A stretch of DNA of 63,061 bases, the filler included, from Nemertoderma westbladi (Eukaryota > Animalia > Xenacoelomorpha), in assembly GCA_032718475.1 (NCBI GenBank). It is 3 parts of 3 records of this genome, joined end to end, with 100 filler letters (N's around TTAATTAATTAA, not from the genome) between each part and the next. Parts side by side here need not be neighbours in the genome. Positions count along the whole stretch, not along the records: positions 1 to 12,007 come from JAUCBJ010000282.1; positions 12,108 to 39,027 come from JAUCBJ010007208.1; 1 more part is not named here. One strand, written 5' to 3'. Under the pieces are notes generated by a model, which was not told the DNA's origin, searched no databases, and worked only from the letters and a program-made list of their open reading frames with translations. Made by a program: the position numbers and the translations under genes. Positions 1 through 12,505 of the stretch are shown one piece after another; position 1 is the first letter of the stretch, and every line of letters starts with the position of its first letter.

Positions 1-1042
1 GAGAGCAGTAATTGACTCACGTAGGGTCTGCTAAATAACATTGGATTCAATACACACCACATTAATATAAATCGCAATTGTTATATATAGCCGGTCTCTC
101 TAACCTGTAGTGTTATCAAGAAAATTGGGAATTGGGTGATTTATCCGTATTATCCAAATAGCAATATTTCCATCAACAAATATTTACAATTAATAACTGA
201 CGGTAAAATAACAGTACAAACAATATGATTAATGAGTTAGTTAAGTTAGTGAGTTTAGTTAGTTAGGTAACAGTTTATACTTTCGATAATTCAAGCAGTT
301 TACGGTACAGCAGTATCTATCCAAAAATGCCGGTGTTTCTGGCTTAGACAGCAATAACAACAAAGTATCAACTCTAAAACAGTAAGACTGAACACTCTCC
401 TTATGATCGGCAGGAAAGCTACACGTCGACAGGAAAAACCGCCCTGATTGGCCCAAGCCAAACAAAGAACCACGCGGCCAATGGCTGTTTCCATGTCAGC
501 AACCAGCTGCTAGATGTCGTAATATGAATCATCACGGCTAAGCTGTGAAAGGTGGTTGGTGCATTACAAGTTTTTGTCTTACCATGTCCGCTAAAACACG
601 TATATATCAGAATTACTTTTATGTCCGTTAAAACACCTGTAAAGGTACCTTGCGGGCGAGGGGAATATATATACAGTTAGAAAACCTTTTTTAGAGTATT
701 CCAGCGCCGGGGGGGGAACTGGCCAGCAAAGGCAAACGTATCAGTTATCCCACAAAAGCTTTTACAAATCTAGTCCTAAAGACACTATAAAGTCCTGGGT
801 ACATAAGGCTGTAAGGTTAGACATAACATGAATGTAAATTGTAAACTAAACAATATGCTAAAAGTAAAGTACAAAGTATACCTAGAATGCTAGAATGTAC
901 CATTATATTCTAAGTACAGTACAGTCATTACACTGCAGATACATACAGAGCTGCAAAGGTAACTTTCCATAACTTAACAGCTGTCTGGCTGTCTCTCATC
1001 TGTCATGCTTCATGTACCTTTAAGTTCGATTCTCAATGTCAC

Positions 1043-1325
1043 GTCCAAAATTGGACTTAAAGTCCAATATTGGACTTTTGTAAAAATTCAAAGCCTTATA
1101 AAAAAAGTTCCCCCTGGTGAATTTCAGGTCCCCCTGTTCAAAACTCTTATTTTTTGATATATTTTCGATTAAAGAAAAAAAATCCCGCCCGGTCCAATTA
1201 CCCAAGGCCCTGGAACAATTGGCTGATTTGAAGTCCAATATTGGACTCACAGAAGTCCAATTTTGGACTTGAACTGGAGTCGAAGTCCAATTTTGGACTC
1301 AAGTCCAATTTTTGACTTCTCACCG
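1043..1325. repeat. Cluster of short palindromes AGTCCAA(T/A)(T/A)TTGGACT, probably a non-autonomous DNA transposon remnant
   Basis: About 6 copies of agtccaatattggact / agtccaattttggact at ~1043-1076 and ~1232-1317. Confidence 0.45.
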
Positions 1326-1525
1326 ACTGACTGCTGCATGCTGATGTGTTCAGGTGTTTACTTCATACTTCTGTACGGGTGCTTGTCTACAAGGATGGCT
1401 AAAACGTCTGTCAGTCTGTCCTTATCAGCTTATCTGATCTGATCTGACGGTATCTGACACTTGTTCCACCTTGGTTCAGGCTTCAGGCAGTCAGGTGTCC
1501 GTGTCAGGCAGTCAGGGCAACCTTG

Positions 1526-1600
1526 GCAGCTTGGTGTAGTGGTTAGATTGAATTTATATCTCTCGGAGGTTGTGGGTTCAACCTCAACCGGTCAACCCCC
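1526..1600 (+). mobile_element. tRNA-derived SINE head (Pol III A and B boxes), degenerate
   Basis: A-box-like TGGTGTAGTGG at 1532-1542 and B-box-like GGTTCAACCTC at 1575-1585 at tRNA-like spacing; no full cloverleaf seen. Confidence 0.4.
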
Positions 1601-1967
1601 GCATGGGGGCCAAGACCAGAAGGCAGTTTTCGTTTCGGCACGAATGACTTGGAGGGTTTTTACTGTTTTAGCCCTGTCAGCCTGTAGCCAGGCATCTCTC
1701 TGCCTTGCATCCTTAAATCTGTAAATGCAAAATGGTAGCTAAATGAGTACGGTACCGGTACTGCATACTGGAGTTTCTGTCCATGTCAGCATGCTGGCAT
1801 GTGAAGTTTACCACGTCCTAGCATTCCCTTCTGCCCTTTCCCAGCGAAAAAAAGCACATCAGGCATCAGGCAGTCAGGAAGGAATTTCAGAATTTGGCCC
1901 ATTCTCTATCATTAGGGAATTTTCGTATTTTCGACCATCTTCCCAAACAGTACCGGTAATTCTGTAA

Positions 1968-2300
1968 TTGGTCAATGTTGGTAGGTAAAAACAACGTTTA
2001 TTGTTTTGGTTAGAAAAGCCCCCCTCTGTCAGTCTGTCTGTCTGTAACTGTATTACTGTATAACCTGCTCCTTTCTGCCTTTCCCTCAATTGGTAGGTTA
2101 AAACAACATTTATTGTTTTGGTTAGAAAAGCCCGCCACTGTAGCCTACTCCTTTCCCTCAGGCCTCAATCAGTCAATTGCTGAATTCTGAATTGGTAGGT
2201 AAAAACAACGTTTTTTGTTTTGGTTAGAAAAGCCCGCCTCTGTACAGATGTAGCCTTCTCCTTTCCCTCAATTTGTAGGTAACAAACAGCGTTTATTGAT
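1968..2300 (+). repeat. Degenerate copies of the 68-bp minisatellite family also found at 36341-36917
   Basis: Recurrent tttattgttttggttagaaaagcccgcctctgta...ctcctttccctcaattggtagg. Confidence 0.75.
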
Positions 2301-3077
2301 TGCCACATTCCCATTTTTACGACCCACCCCTTTAAACAAATACGTTGACTCATAATGGCTTTCCTGGGCACTCTGGGAATATTCACATGTCTGCATGTGG
2401 GCTGAAATTCCTCTGGGGAGCATAGTTCTAAGTTCTGGGAGGACCACACTGGGAATAAGTCAGTAAGTCGTCAGACTTTGTGCGTAATCCATAATCTTAT
2501 TCATTCATATTATTCCATAATCCAATTGCTTACTATACTTTACCTTGGTGTACTTGTTTTTGTTTATACTATTCGTTTATACTTATATGAACAAGGTATG
2601 AACAGATGAAACGACAAACTGACAAACGAGTACAGTACTGCAGTATGTTCCTATTTCCTACTCCTACCATACCTTGCTGCATTGGCTGCATACCGGTATG
2701 CCTGTTGTACTGTACATTATGTCACATGATACTATGCATCCCAGCAACCCGTTCCCCTATTGTCTATTTACCTTTAACTGACAGTACCTTATACAATTAT
2801 ATCTCTTTCTTCTGATTGGTTATAGGATCAGACTGTCAGATGTGGTCAGATCAGCAGATCAGATAAGGACAGACGTTTTATTCTACCTCCTTGTCTACTT
2901 GTACAGTTGTACGGCGGTCCAGCCTGGCAGCATTTTTTTTTACAGTAGTGTAGCTAGCCCTAGGCGACGGGATTTTGACACGATGTGACGATCAATCTGT
3001 TTACAGGTTTAGGCTCTCATCTCAGGTCTAGTTTACTGATTTACCTGTTTACTGAATTATAATCTGATAACAGGATA

Positions 3078-3658
3078 ATGTCGTCGTTGGCAGCGAGTGG
3101 GATGACGCCACGGGAGTTGTTCGAGAACGACGACATGGGGACGGGGTTGGTTGTCGACCCCTGGCTGGGATTCCAATCCCACAAAATGAACCCCAAATAT
3201 CGCCCAATCAAATCAAAGGGACTGGACTTAAAAAATGTCATAAAATGTTATATTACCGAAAATGATGAAGATATTGCCTATAAGAAGCTAATATCTGGTC
3301 GATGGAGCCATTCTTATTTCCTAAATAAAACTAAAGAGCAAAAAGAACGCACTAAAGAACATATAATCAAATATTTGCGAGTCTTTCATCCGAACTCTGG
3401 CTTTGAGATCCTCCCGTGTAACCGCTACAGTATGGAGGAAGGTGGCGCTAAGGTTTGCGCGACTAAAGTCTGGCGATGCAACGAGAAAATTCAACTGCTA
3501 GTCGGTTGCATCGTGGAGTTGACGGCTGAAGATGAAGCTACTTTACTTAAGGACGGCATCAACGACTTCAGTATTATGTATTCGACTCGGAAGAATTGTT
3601 CGCAACTGTGGTTGGGTCCCGGGGCCTTCGTCAACCACGATTGCAGGCCAACGTGCAG
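3078..3658 (+). CDS. Suv4-20: Histone H4K20 methyltransferase Suv4-20 (KMT5B/C family), coding exon 1
   Basis: GMTPRELFENDD..TGLVVDPWLGFQSHKM, FEILPCNRYSME, NDFSIMYSTRKNCSQLWLGPGAFVNHDCRPTC are diagnostic of Suv4-20; donor AG|GTTTGT at 3658/3659. Confidence 0.95.
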
Positions 3659-3713
3659 GTTTGTGCAGCAGCTGAGCGTGAGTAGTGATAATGAATGTAG
3701 TATTCGAATCTAA

Positions 3714-3938
3714 GGCACTTGTGTCAAATAGGGGACCCTTCTAACCTGCTAATCCTGAAATCACCTAAACTGAAGTCACTAGTGCCCGGTTAGTAAAGGA
3801 GCAGGTTACAGAGGCGAGTTGAAAGGAACCAAAACAATAAACGAGAGTTAGGAATATTGTTATCACCTGCTAAATTTCAGGATTAGCAGTTGATTTCATT
3901 TAGCAGATTAGAAGGGTCCCCTATTTGACACTAATGCC
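3714..3938. mobile_element. 225-bp MITE in the Suv4-20 intron with an 8-bp TSD (GG termini, Merlin-like)
   Basis: TIRs ggcacttgtgtcaaataggggacccttctaa / ttagaagggtcccctatttgacactaatgcc; direct repeat GAATCTAA at 3706-3713 and 3939-3946; superfamily assignment is inference. Confidence 0.85.
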
Positions 3939-4417
3939 GAATCTAAATTATTACGAGTTTTCAGTTCAGATTTATTTTTTTGTTCGGCTTTCCGTTACCG
4001 GTAGCGCTGAAATTAAGACATTCATCATTCAATTTTATTATTTAAATTATATTTGGTTTAATACCGATCCGATCCCGTAAAACGTTTGGCCTAATTCATA
4101 CTATCAATATGGTAAACAAACAATCGTACATTTAACATCCTTTGGCAAACATCCGTCTACAACCACTCTAATGCTCTAGAAGAGCATTGGAGAATATTCA
4201 ATAGTTATAAATGCCAGAAGTCTATTATTGTTTACATAAGTTATGGAATTATAATAAGAATATTAATCATCCTAAACTGGTGCAATTTCGCACAATTTTT
4301 ATGACATGCGGTATGTGACATAAATGCGAGAATTTTTTGTGAAATGTTAGTTGAAATCTTTGTGCTTTAAGTTTGGTGATGATTATTGTGAATTAAAATT
4401 ATCTCTCCCTTCCACAG

Positions 4418-7400
4418 ATTCGTCTCTCTGTCTCGCGACACGGCCTGTATCCAAGTCCTACAGGATGTGGAACCCGGCGAGGAACTAACCTGCTTCTACG
4501 GGACGGACTTCTTCGGCTTCCAGAACTGTCTGTGCGAGTGTTACACGTGCGAGCGCCGGGGTCAGGGCGGCTTCCGGGACCCGGAAGTGGGGTCGGCGTC
4601 ACCGGGCAAACAGGTCGGCAAGTACAAGTTCCGGGAGACCACCAACCGGTTGCGTAGCAACATCGCGTTGGACCAAAGGGGCGGCGTGGATCTCGAGTTG
4701 ATGCCGTTGCACAACCTGATGCGATTACATCTCGAGGACATAGCGGAGAGCAACCGCGTCGCAGAGAGCAACAGAGTTAATAACAACTGTCGCGTTGCCA
4801 GGAGGAACAGACGCCACTCTACTGGTGACGTCAGTGACGACGACTCCGGGTCGGTGGCCAGCGTCGCCGCCAGCACTACCTCGGTTCATCGCCGTAGTAA
4901 ACCGCGTCCGCAGCGAAACTCCGTTACGATACGGGACTTTAGCTGTCAGTGCGATCTGCGTTACAGCTACCTGAACGCGCGAGGCGAGTTGATAGGGGGT
5001 GATAACGAAGGGTCAACGGTGGTGGAGGCCCCGGCGCGTACGGGAGTAATAAACCAACCGGAGTCTAGTGTTAGCGACCCCCCAGGGGTCGAACCCGCGA
5101 CCAACTCAGTTAAATCCTACCCGTTAAGAAAAGCGTTGAAACTCCAGTTCGGTTCTGAGCTCATTAACCGGCAGTATTACGCTAAGAGTTTGGTTCAGGT
5201 CTCCCAAATGCTAATGGAAGGATTCGATTTAATTCAAACGCGTAAGAAGTTAATCGGTCTTGACAAGAAAGTTGTAGTCGATAAGGAATGTCAGGTCATC
5301 GAAGAATGGTTGCTGAACCCCGATGCACAGGGAGACGTTAGTAAAGTTAATGACGATCCCAATCCTGTATCAATAACAGCAGACAGTGTTGCCTCAGAGT
5401 TTGTATCTCCTATAAGGAAACTCAGTGAAAGTAGTAAACCCCCTGAACCCAAACAGGCATACGTTCTGAAGCGAAGCGGGCAAGGTGCCACTCGGTTGCA
5501 TCCAGTGGCTGCCCCCACCCTGAACCGTAACGCGTCCAACTCTGAGAGTCACATACCTCCCCGAGTCAAATTGACACTGAGGGGCTACGGAGAAGAATTC
5601 TTCCGGAGGTTAAAGGATTACATTTATTCCGTCACCGGCGGCGATGTCTACCAGAGTTTGAACACAAAGGCGTTGCCCATTGGTAGTTTTTCCGAAAGCT
5701 CGAGTAATACGCGAGTATCCCAATCGATGGCTTCTACTAAACCTGGTGGCAGTACAACTATAGTGTTACTTCCTAAAGGTGCAAACGCAACGAGCTTGTC
5801 GCGGCCAAGCAGTCCGGTCCCACACTCTATTCCACAAAGATCAACTCATAATAAACTTCCTCCAAAAGCAACAGGTGTTCCGGCTATAAATCGTCCTGCA
5901 ACAATTTCAGATAGATTACAGACCCCATCTTCAATCCATCCCATCACGATTCCACCAGGAACTCCACTCTCCTTCACAAACCCATCGAGAGCGGATTCGT
6001 TCGCCAAACCATCTAGAACAACAACAACTGTATCTTGCGCCCATCCATCCCAAACCCATTCCTTCACAAACCCCACAAATTCCTCCAAAGCCCTTGTTCA
6101 CACAATCCGCCCAAAAGTTGTACCGGCCGCAGCAACCGCCTGTAACTCTGTCCCGGTATCCAATGTCGCCGTCACCAATCCGACATACGTCCGGCTTTCT
6201 GTGGTTAGCCCAACCAGTTGCTCCCTTAGTAAATCAACCTCTAGTCAAACAGGACGACATTATACGAGTTTCCACAACAACTCTACGATATCCAACGCTA
6301 ATAATAATAATAATAATAATATTAAAAACCAAACAAACAATACTAAACCAGTGACCAATGCGAATACGAGTAATGAGAATTCTAAAATGCGAAATCGTAT
6401 CGATTACGGTATCCCCCCAGTCTCGACTAAGCAGTCACACCCTCCCGATGTTAGTAAGAGTTCTGTGTCTACGGTTGTAACAACTTCAGCGATTCCAACA
6501 CCTCCAATGGAAACGTCGAACTGTAGAGACACAATAAATAATCTCAATCAGTTTGGTTTGCCCCAGTCTCGTTACACGACAGACACAACAACCAGGTTGA
6601 GACATCGCTCTAACTCCTCCACTAGTTCATCCACTTCTAGTGATCGCACTCACGTTTACGGTTTCACAGATTCCCCATCTGGTTCTGGCAACTCCCCCAC
6701 ACTCCATTCCGGTTCTACCCGGAACAACCCCAAGCATTGTTCCGGCCCTTCTAACAGCCAGCTTTTAGGTTCTTCTTTATCGCCACAGGTTTCCTTGGTA
6801 CACATTGACTCAAATAATGTTTCAGAAGAAAGTGTTTCTCCAAGGACTAAATGCCAACAAAAACCCGAGGTTGGGGACCTCCCGCGGTTGGTGGAGACAG
6901 ATAATCGTGATGTTAACCCTCCAAGTAATCCCGCAGATCCCGAATATACCAGACGAATTCATACATCTTGTGCTGCAGAATCAGTTCAAGCGATCGATAA
7001 TAACAAGTTACGTCCGTCTCGAAAGAGAACGTTTGATTTGGAGAATGATCCCCAACCAGTTCTTAAACGCAAGAAACTGAATGCTGAGGTGGTTTCTGAC
7101 GATGTAAGTGCGCGAGACATCGGCCCTCAATTGCGTTCTCAAACTCATCCCAGACGCGATTGTGAGGACGCCCCTCTTTCGAGCTTCATGTCCGCGTTAA
7201 AAAAGATTCCTCCTTCCAAAATTTCTTCGCCTCCGGATCGAGAGTGCATGGGAGTTACTCTAAGAAGCCATGATCTTGTGGAAACTGTAGCTGATAGCGA
7301 CATCCAGAGAACCACACGCAGTATGAGTCGTGAGATAGTGACTACAGATACCCATCATCATGTCCCTACGGCACACCACCACCCTTTACCTAAGGTACAC

Positions 7401-9443
7401 AAGCACCCTACACCTAGGGCTAGTGTACACCACCACCCTTTACCTAAGGTACACAAGCACCCTACACCTAGGGCTAGTGTACACCAGCACCCTGCACCTA
7501 AGGCACACCAGCACCCTACACTCAAGGCACACCAGCAACCTACACTTAAGGCACAACAGCACCCAACACCTAAGGTACACCAACACCCTACACTCAAGGC
7601 ACACCAGCAACCTACACTTAAGGCTCACCAGCACCCTACACTTAAGGCACACCAGCACCCTACATTTAAGGCGCACCAGCACCCTACACTTAAGGCGCCG
7701 CAGCACCATGCACTTAAGGCACACCAACACCTCACACATAAGGCACACCAGCACCCTACACTTAAGGCACCTCAGCACCATACACCTAAGTCACACCAGC
7801 AGCACCCTATGCCCAAGGTAGACCACAGCGTGCCAACAAGATTATCACAACGTTTAATAAACAATCATGAATCTGATCTTGTCAGAAAATCTTCCACACG
7901 TTTGGATAAAGCTTCTCAATCTAGGCATTCTGACGTCACACCTGTTTGCACAACTGGTAGATCGAGTGACATCAGTGGGAGTGCAGGAACAACACGTGGT
8001 ATTGCGGTTCAACATTTCTATGGGTTCTCAAACACCACCGTTATTGACTCTCCGGATTTGTTTGCTGTCGGCGATTCTCCGAAAGAAGATTCACTAATAT
8101 GCGGTTGGCACGATGATACCGACGAGTTTGTAGATAAGTATGACCTTATTAAACGCAGACGAGCCTCGGCCACGGTGGATTACGCGTATAAGTATCTCAA
8201 CAGGAGTCCCAAGGTCTCGCAATCAAGTACCTCGGCTGGACCAACCTCATCTAGCTCGGATAGAACTGACTCTACCCAACTTCCAAAGGCTCTTAAAAAC
8301 CAATTAACAAATGCATCGACCCTGGACAGCTTTCCTTCACCGAGTCGTAAAGAATCTCAATGCTCGTTTGTATATTCGAGTGATTCAGATCTAGATATTT
8401 CATTAAAAGATCAAAAAATAGATAAAACCTGCATCCTTAAACCTCGAGGTTCGGGTTGTTCTACTCGGTTACAGACCAGTAGCGGCACGGTTGGGGAAAC
8501 TGAACTAGTTGGGGGTGGTCTGCAATCAGAAAACCTCGTGGACTATACTAATCTACCGTCCCCCAGTCAAACAGCTGGATCTAAAGGCGCCAATAAAGGG
8601 CCGATAACCAGGGGTCAATCTCCTGGTAGCTGTTCCGCAAATAAAGAACGACCAGCCAGTCTCGCCATCAGTCCCAGTGCTCCGTTCTCCGATATATCAG
8701 CTATTTTAGCCAATCAGCCGCGAGTAATTCTCACAAACAATCAGCCAATAGGGAGAGCCTCGTCCAATATTGGTGCTACCGACCGACCTTCTCGCTCGGT
8801 TTCTGTCGGATCCCCTTTGATTCTTTTGACCGAAGATCCGACATCGTCTGAGTCCGATGATAATCTAACTAATCTCGTCGTAGTTTCACCTTCCTATTAC
8901 CGAGGCCTGGGCTCGCCGAGTAAAGGCAGTGCTGACAGCCCTGGATGCGCCCCACACACAGGCAGTCTCCCACATACAGACAGTATCCCACATACAGACA
9001 GTCTCCCACATACAGACAGTCTCCCACATACAGGCAGTCTCCCACATACAGACAGTCTCCCACATACAGACAGTCTCCCACATACAGATAGTACAACTTG
9101 TACAGACAGTGCGTCACATGCAGACAATCGGACACATACAGACAGTCCTACATCTACAGATAGTCTCAGTCTCACAAACCATATAGACAGTACAGCTCAT
9201 ACAGCCATTAAATTAAGCGGCACCCCTAATTCAGCTGGTTCCCATAGCAACCCGCATTCTGTTGGTGTTTCTACGGATTACGTTGCTAACAGCAACCCAC
9301 AAACTATCGGGACCCCTAGTTCAGCAGACACACAAACGTTGCCCAGCGCGTTGCCTAGGATTGTGATTCGCCGTTGCTTGGTTACCGGTTCTCCCATCAT
9401 TGAGGAGATATTGTCAGACACCAGTGACGATGATTCGCTTTAA
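4418..9443 (+). CDS. Suv4-20: Suv4-20 coding exon 2 (end of SET, post-SET zinc motif, ~1600-aa low-complexity tail); spliced protein 1868 aa
   Basis: Acceptor ctctcccttccacAG at 4417; splicing restores CR-FVSLSRDTACIQVLQDVEPGEELTCFYG..FFG..NCLCECYTCERRG.GGF, in frame with ORF 4467..9443. Confidence 0.92.
7350..7815 (+). repeat. Coding 24-bp minisatellite encoding (HQHPTLKA)n
   Basis: caccagcaccctacacttaaggca units in frame within the Suv4-20 exon. Confidence 0.9.
8950..9200 (+). repeat. Coding 18-bp minisatellite encoding (HTDSLP)n
   Basis: catacagacagtctccca units in frame. Confidence 0.9.
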
Positions 9444-9453
9444 TCTTAATGGG

Positions 9454-9522
9454 TCCTTCAGCTGACGTCACCGGAATCCTTCAGCTGACGTCACCGGAAT
9501 CCTTCAGCTGACGTCACCGGAA
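9454..9522 (+). repeat. Three exact 23-bp tandem copies just 3' of the Suv4-20 stop
   Basis: tccttcagctgacgtcaccggaa x3. Confidence 0.95.
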
Positions 9523-9776
9523 TCCGCTCTGTATAAATTGTATATAATATTATTTATTATAGACGCAGGGTTGTCCCAAAAAAATAATTGTAAAAAATAA
9601 TAATTACCTTAAAATTCCGCTTAAATTCATTCTTTTTGGTATAAATCTTCCGCTTTCAGAAATATTAATTACATTTGAATGTCTTTTTTTTTCGCTAAAC
9701 AGCTTTGTCATAATGATTTTTTCTGTTATTTTTGACTTTCTGTCTGCTCTTTCACTATATTTTCAATCTGTTTAAA

Positions 9777-11385
9777 ATTGATTGATTGATTGATTGATTG
9801 TTTTTACGCCATAAATATAGAGTACTGTATAGATACAAATTACGTAATAACAGAATACATATTACCGGTAATACTTTACATAATTGGACAGACAGTAATA
9901 TCCATATCCATGTCTTTAAAATTGTAAAAAATTATTGCACCAAGAGCATAAAAATACATATTAGATTTGTTAAGTTTATACTGATATTATTCGGTCATAA
10001 AATCTTTAAAATCATAACAGTTATTAATTTAAGTCAAGTAAAGAATAAAAATATTTCAAATACTATTAAACAAATAAAATTTGAAGCGATAATCTGACTT
10101 GTGTCTAATCATATTTTAACGTACGTTTATTTCAGTATTCAGTAATTAGTAGTTAAAAATAAGTAAGTTAAAAAGTTAAAATATTAAAATATTGAGGTGC
10201 TGATTGCTCAGAGCTCTTAATGGCACCAAGGACTGCAAAATACATATTAAAACTTACTTAAGAAATCATTAAAATTATTGCACCGAGAACAGAAAATAGG
10301 GGATTTCCCTACATATTAAATTTGGCAAGTTTATACAGATATTATTCGGCTACTGTCACATTCGGCATATATATTACTAAAATCTTCAGAGTCATAAAAG
10401 TTATTAATTTAAGTCAACTAAAAAAAAGAAAAAAATAAGTATTTACAAATACTAGTAAACAAATAAAAATTGAAAACAATAATCTGACTATCTTGTGTCT
10501 ATTCATGTTAGACGTAAGTTTATTATTATTATTGAGTAATTAATAATTAAAATAAATAAAGGCGTATTGGATAGCTCCATGAGGCCAGTGCCTCGTTTCC
10601 ATGGAGGTCCATTCAAGTACTGTACGTAAGTTAAAAAGTTAAAAATATTGAAATGCTGATTGGTCAGAGCTCTCTAGCTGCGTCAAATAATGCTCTTTCA
10701 GTTTGTGCTTAAAGGAAACAATGGATTCAGCAGTGGTTACAGACTCCGGCAGTTTATTCCACAGTCTAGGCCCTTCATAGCTTAGCGCCATTTGTCCATG
10801 TACCGTGCGTTTATGAGGTAGAAGTGCGCGGTTTGAGGGTCTACGCATCCCAGGTCGACCTTCGTGAAACTCTACCAGTTCGCATAGATATGGAGGTGAC
10901 GTACCGTGGGAAATACGGTACATGTGCGACAGAATTACTGACTGCACTCGCAGCCGTATTGGCAGCCAGTTTATGGCAATGAAGTGGGAGGAGTTGATGT
11001 GGGATCGTGGACCCATTCCTAGGCAGTAACGAATGCACTTTCGCTGCAGCGCTTCTAATTGGTCACAGAGTTTTTTTGGGGCAGAGATAAACCATGTTGA
11101 TGACGCGTAATCTAGGTGCGGCTGTATAAGACAGTTACATAGCATTCTCCGGAGTTCCCTGGATAATAAAGCCCCATTTCGGTGTAGGTATTTAAGACGT
11201 GCGTTACCTTTCTTCAGGGTTTTTGTAGCCATTTCAACACCCGATAGTGTCGAATTAATCATTGAACCAAGATAAGTTACGCATTTCTTCGGTTTAATAT
11301 CAGTTCCCATACACGTTATCTGCAGCGTGGAATCAGGTAGTCGTTGTGTTGTACCAAGTAAGATACTTTCAGTTTTGACTAGAGT
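9777..11385 (-). mobile_element. 5'-truncated CR1/L2-group (Crack/Daphne-like) LINE: RT C-terminus, 3' UTR and (CAAT)n tail
   Basis: ORF 10639..11499: KTESILLG, VTYLG, LIQPHLDYASSTW, LQRKCIR, INWLPI, SYEGPRLWNKLP, SFKHKLK; (ATTG)n at 9777-9800 is the tail on the minus strand. Confidence 0.85.
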
Positions 11386-12007
11386 TTTGAATCTGAGAAA
11401 CTGAGTTTTGAAATGTCTAGTTCCATGCCAACAAATAGCAAGTAAAGACGGAAGAGAGAGAACCACAAATACTAAATCATGGGTTTGAAATAAAATCACT
11501 CAAGGAGGCGTCATGCTTCGTATGTTAGCAACCTAGGCCTACCGAAGTGTGGTTTAGAAGGTAACTGTATTATAAAAAATAAAACAATATGTCGGACGCT
11601 AAACAGAACGAATCATTGAATTGAAAGGAAATGTACTGTAGTTACTTAACTCAAAAACTAGTGCGCATTTCTTTGTTTTACCCTAAAGGTCTCGAATTTA
11701 TTCCAAATTAAATAAATATCAACGATTCAGGATATTCCTACAGCTACAGTTATCAATGATTTATACCAATAACAGCGAAATTCAACGAAATATATTAAAA
11801 GCCAAATAGAAAACGAAACTATATAATATTGTATTAATCAAAATCCTATTTTTCTCATGTCTTGAGTAATTATAGGTACTGTACCGCACTCAATGCAGTA
11901 AATAATTGTGGTTGTAATATTAATTGTTTGTAGTTAGTTATATTTGTTATTTCCACAATATTTTATAATATCTTTGAATAATTTCCTATTAAATAATAAT
12001 AATACAT

Positions 12008-12107
12008 NNNNNNNNNNNNNNNNNNNNNNNNNNNNNNNNNNNNNNNNNNNNTTAATTAATTAANNNNNNNNNNNNNNNNNNNNNNNNNNNNNNNNNNNNN
12101 NNNNNNN
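12008..12107. other. Assembly gap with artificial TTAATTAATTAA linker
   Basis: N-run with central ttaattaattaa; same construct at 39028-39127. Confidence 0.95.
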
Positions 12108-12505
12108 AAAAAGTCCCGTGACTTTAGCTCTCTTATTTCCCAAGAATCCCGTTCAACACATGTAATCAGCAGTGAGACAGGATAATTTCAGTTCAGTAGC
12201 TCGGGATTGGTCGAAATCAGAACTAACTCAACACAGGGCTATGGGTAACTGGGGCAACCTTCCCAAGCCGGCTGTCCAATCGAACAGCTCAGATCCCTCC
12301 TAAAGGATTCCAACGCCTTGGAGGGGGGAACTGGTTAGCAAAGAAAACAAATCAGTCATATCCCAGAAAAACCTTTACAGTAGGTTTCAGAGTATTTTAG
12401 CGTATGGGGGAAAAACTGGGTTGCGGGGCGAAGGGCCAGTTACATCCCACAGAAGCTTTTACAGTGGTCATATTTACTGTACCGGTATCATACCGTAGAC
12501 TAGAC

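Noticed and set aside
1526-1600. Functional tRNA gene
   Set aside because: Only the A and B boxes are recognisable; no acceptor stem or anticodon arm
3659-3713. End of ORF 3078..3713 and GTG start of 4467..9443 as two separate genes
   Set aside because: Splicing 3658 to 4418 restores a continuous SET domain
12052-12063. TTAATTAATTAA inside both N-runs as a biological motif
   Set aside because: Identical and centred in both gaps, so a scaffolding linker; adjacency across the gaps is therefore uncertain
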